A DNA stretch of 25,928 nt from Myxococcota bacterium (GTDB lineage: Bacteria > Myxococcota > JACRCW01). Positions 24,933-25,928 of this stretch are shown in pieces; position 1 is the stretch's first letter; each line of letters opens with the position of its first letter. A program made the position numbers and the translations under genes. A model generated the notes under the pieces. The model was not told the DNA's origin and did no database searches. It saw only the letters and a list, made by a program, of their open reading frames with translations. The DNA lies in NCBI GenBank assembly GCA_040752415.1, contig JBFMGU010000152.1:1-25928 (forward strand), read 5' to 3'.

Positions 24933-25733
24933 TCAGCCCGCGAGCTGTCCGCCGTCGATGGTGAGGGTGGTGCCGGTGAGGTCGCGTGCGTCGTCGCTGG
25001 CCACGTAGGCCACCATGGCCGCCACCGCCTCCGGCTTCACGAAGCGGTGCGTGGGAATGTCCGCCAGCAACGTCTCCCGCGCGTTCTCCTCACCCCGGCC
25101 GGTCTTCTTGCTGATGTTGCGCACGGTGTCCTGCAGCATCTCCGTCTCCACCCAACCGGGACACACCGCGTTCACCGTGACGCCCTTGCTGGCCACCTCC
25201 AGCGCCAGCGCCCGGGTCAGCCCGACGACACCGTGCTTGGAGGCGCAATAGTGCGTGGTGTAGCGGTATCCGGTGAGCCCGGCGGTGGACGCAATGTTGA
25301 TGACGCGCCCGAACCCGCGCTCCACCATGGAAGGCAGCACCGCGCGCGTCACCAGGAACGTGCCGGTGAGGTTCACGTTGATCATGCGCTGCCAGTCCTC
25401 GACGGACATCTTGAGCAGCGGCACGCTGTGCGCCTGTCCCGCGTTGTTCACCAGGATGTCCACGGGCCCCAGCCGCCGCGTGCACGCCTCGACGGCGGCG
25501 GTGATGGAGTCCTCGTTGGTGACGTCGCAGACCGCGGAGAGGGCCTTGCCGCCGCCCTCGTGGATGATGGAGGCAACCTCGTCCACCTCGTCCAGGGAAC
25601 GCGCGAGCACCGCCACGCGGCAGCCCGCCCGCGCCAACTGCAGTGCACATGCGCGGCCAATCCCGCGACCACCGCCGGTGATGAGCGCCGTGCGTGCGTT
25701 CTCCGCGGGCGCGGGGAAGGTGGGCTTTTGCAT
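24933..25733 (-). CDS. Short-chain dehydrogenase/reductase (classical SDR)
   Basis: TGGGRGIG, LVNNAG, NIAS, YCASK (YxxxK) and NAVCPG motifs. Confidence 0.95.
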   Translation of the reverse strand: MQKPTFPAPAENARTALITGGGRGIGRACALQLARAGCRVAVLARSLDEVDEVASIIHEGGGKALSAVCDVTNEDSITAAVEACTRRLGPVDILVNNAGQAHSVPLLKMSVEDWQRMINVNLTGTFLVTRAVLPSMVERGFGRVINIASTAGLTGYRYTTHYCASKHGVVGLTRALALEVASKGVTVNAVCPGWVETEMLQDTVRNISKKTGRGEENARETLLADIPTHRFVKPEAVAAMVAYVASDDARDLTGTTLTIDGGQLAG

Positions 25734-25928
25734 GGCGGGGGACCCTAGAACGTGGCGCCCGTTGAGAAAAGGAAGTCAAGCGGTGTCGGGGAATCCCCAC
25801 AGGGAGTCACGAAGCGGGTGAGCGGAAGCAGCGGCGCCCTGGAGAGGGTGTCTCGGAATATCTGGCGGCGATTGAACCGGAAACCCCGGTCACCCGGCCG
25901 CGAGGCGGAGGAGACCCTTGTTCCAGGC

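Noticed and set aside
25734..25928. Possible riboswitch/ncRNA or gene start at the right edge
   Set aside because: Only small hairpins, with no recognisable riboswitch consensus. GGAGGAG followed by TTG at 25918 may begin a gene, but only three codons are visible.

Overview
This is a very GC-rich chromosomal segment with about 21 real genes. It looks myxobacterial (Myxococcota-like), inferred from a MYXO-CTERM-like sorting tail, Cys-rich repeat lipoproteins, an extra Hsp70/J-domain pair and a TPR-Ser/Thr kinase. Most of the long antisense ORFs in the track are high-GC shadows. Gene order: TPR-kinase, deoC with an unusual N-terminal extension, PEGA lipoprotein, hypothetical, a stand-alone 1248-aa 11-heme lipoprotein cytochrome, a pseudo-receiver/J-domain protein, a degenerate lidless Hsp70, a degenerate RimK-like ATP-grasp protein, two secreted proteins, spmB/spmA, two hypotheticals, a 1129-aa Cys-repeat lipoprotein, an S41 protease, an ICMT-like membrane protein, an Rpn-like C-terminal fragment, a ClpA-N-domain/ClpS fusion, a Rid protein and an SDR. 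The four best leads are: (1) three adjacent intact ORFs that have each lost catalytic residues (receiver-J, Hsp70, RimK-like), possibly a pseudoenzyme signalling or chaperone module; (2) a DeoC with an encapsulation-peptide-like helix and a Cys cluster, suggesting orphan microcompartment cargo; (3) the giant surface multiheme cytochrome with a candidate sigma54 promoter and upstream repeats; (4) the ClpA N-domain-ClpS fusion. I saw no rRNA, tRNA, CRISPR array or intact mobile element. All family assignments come from recognising motifs by eye; no database search was run.
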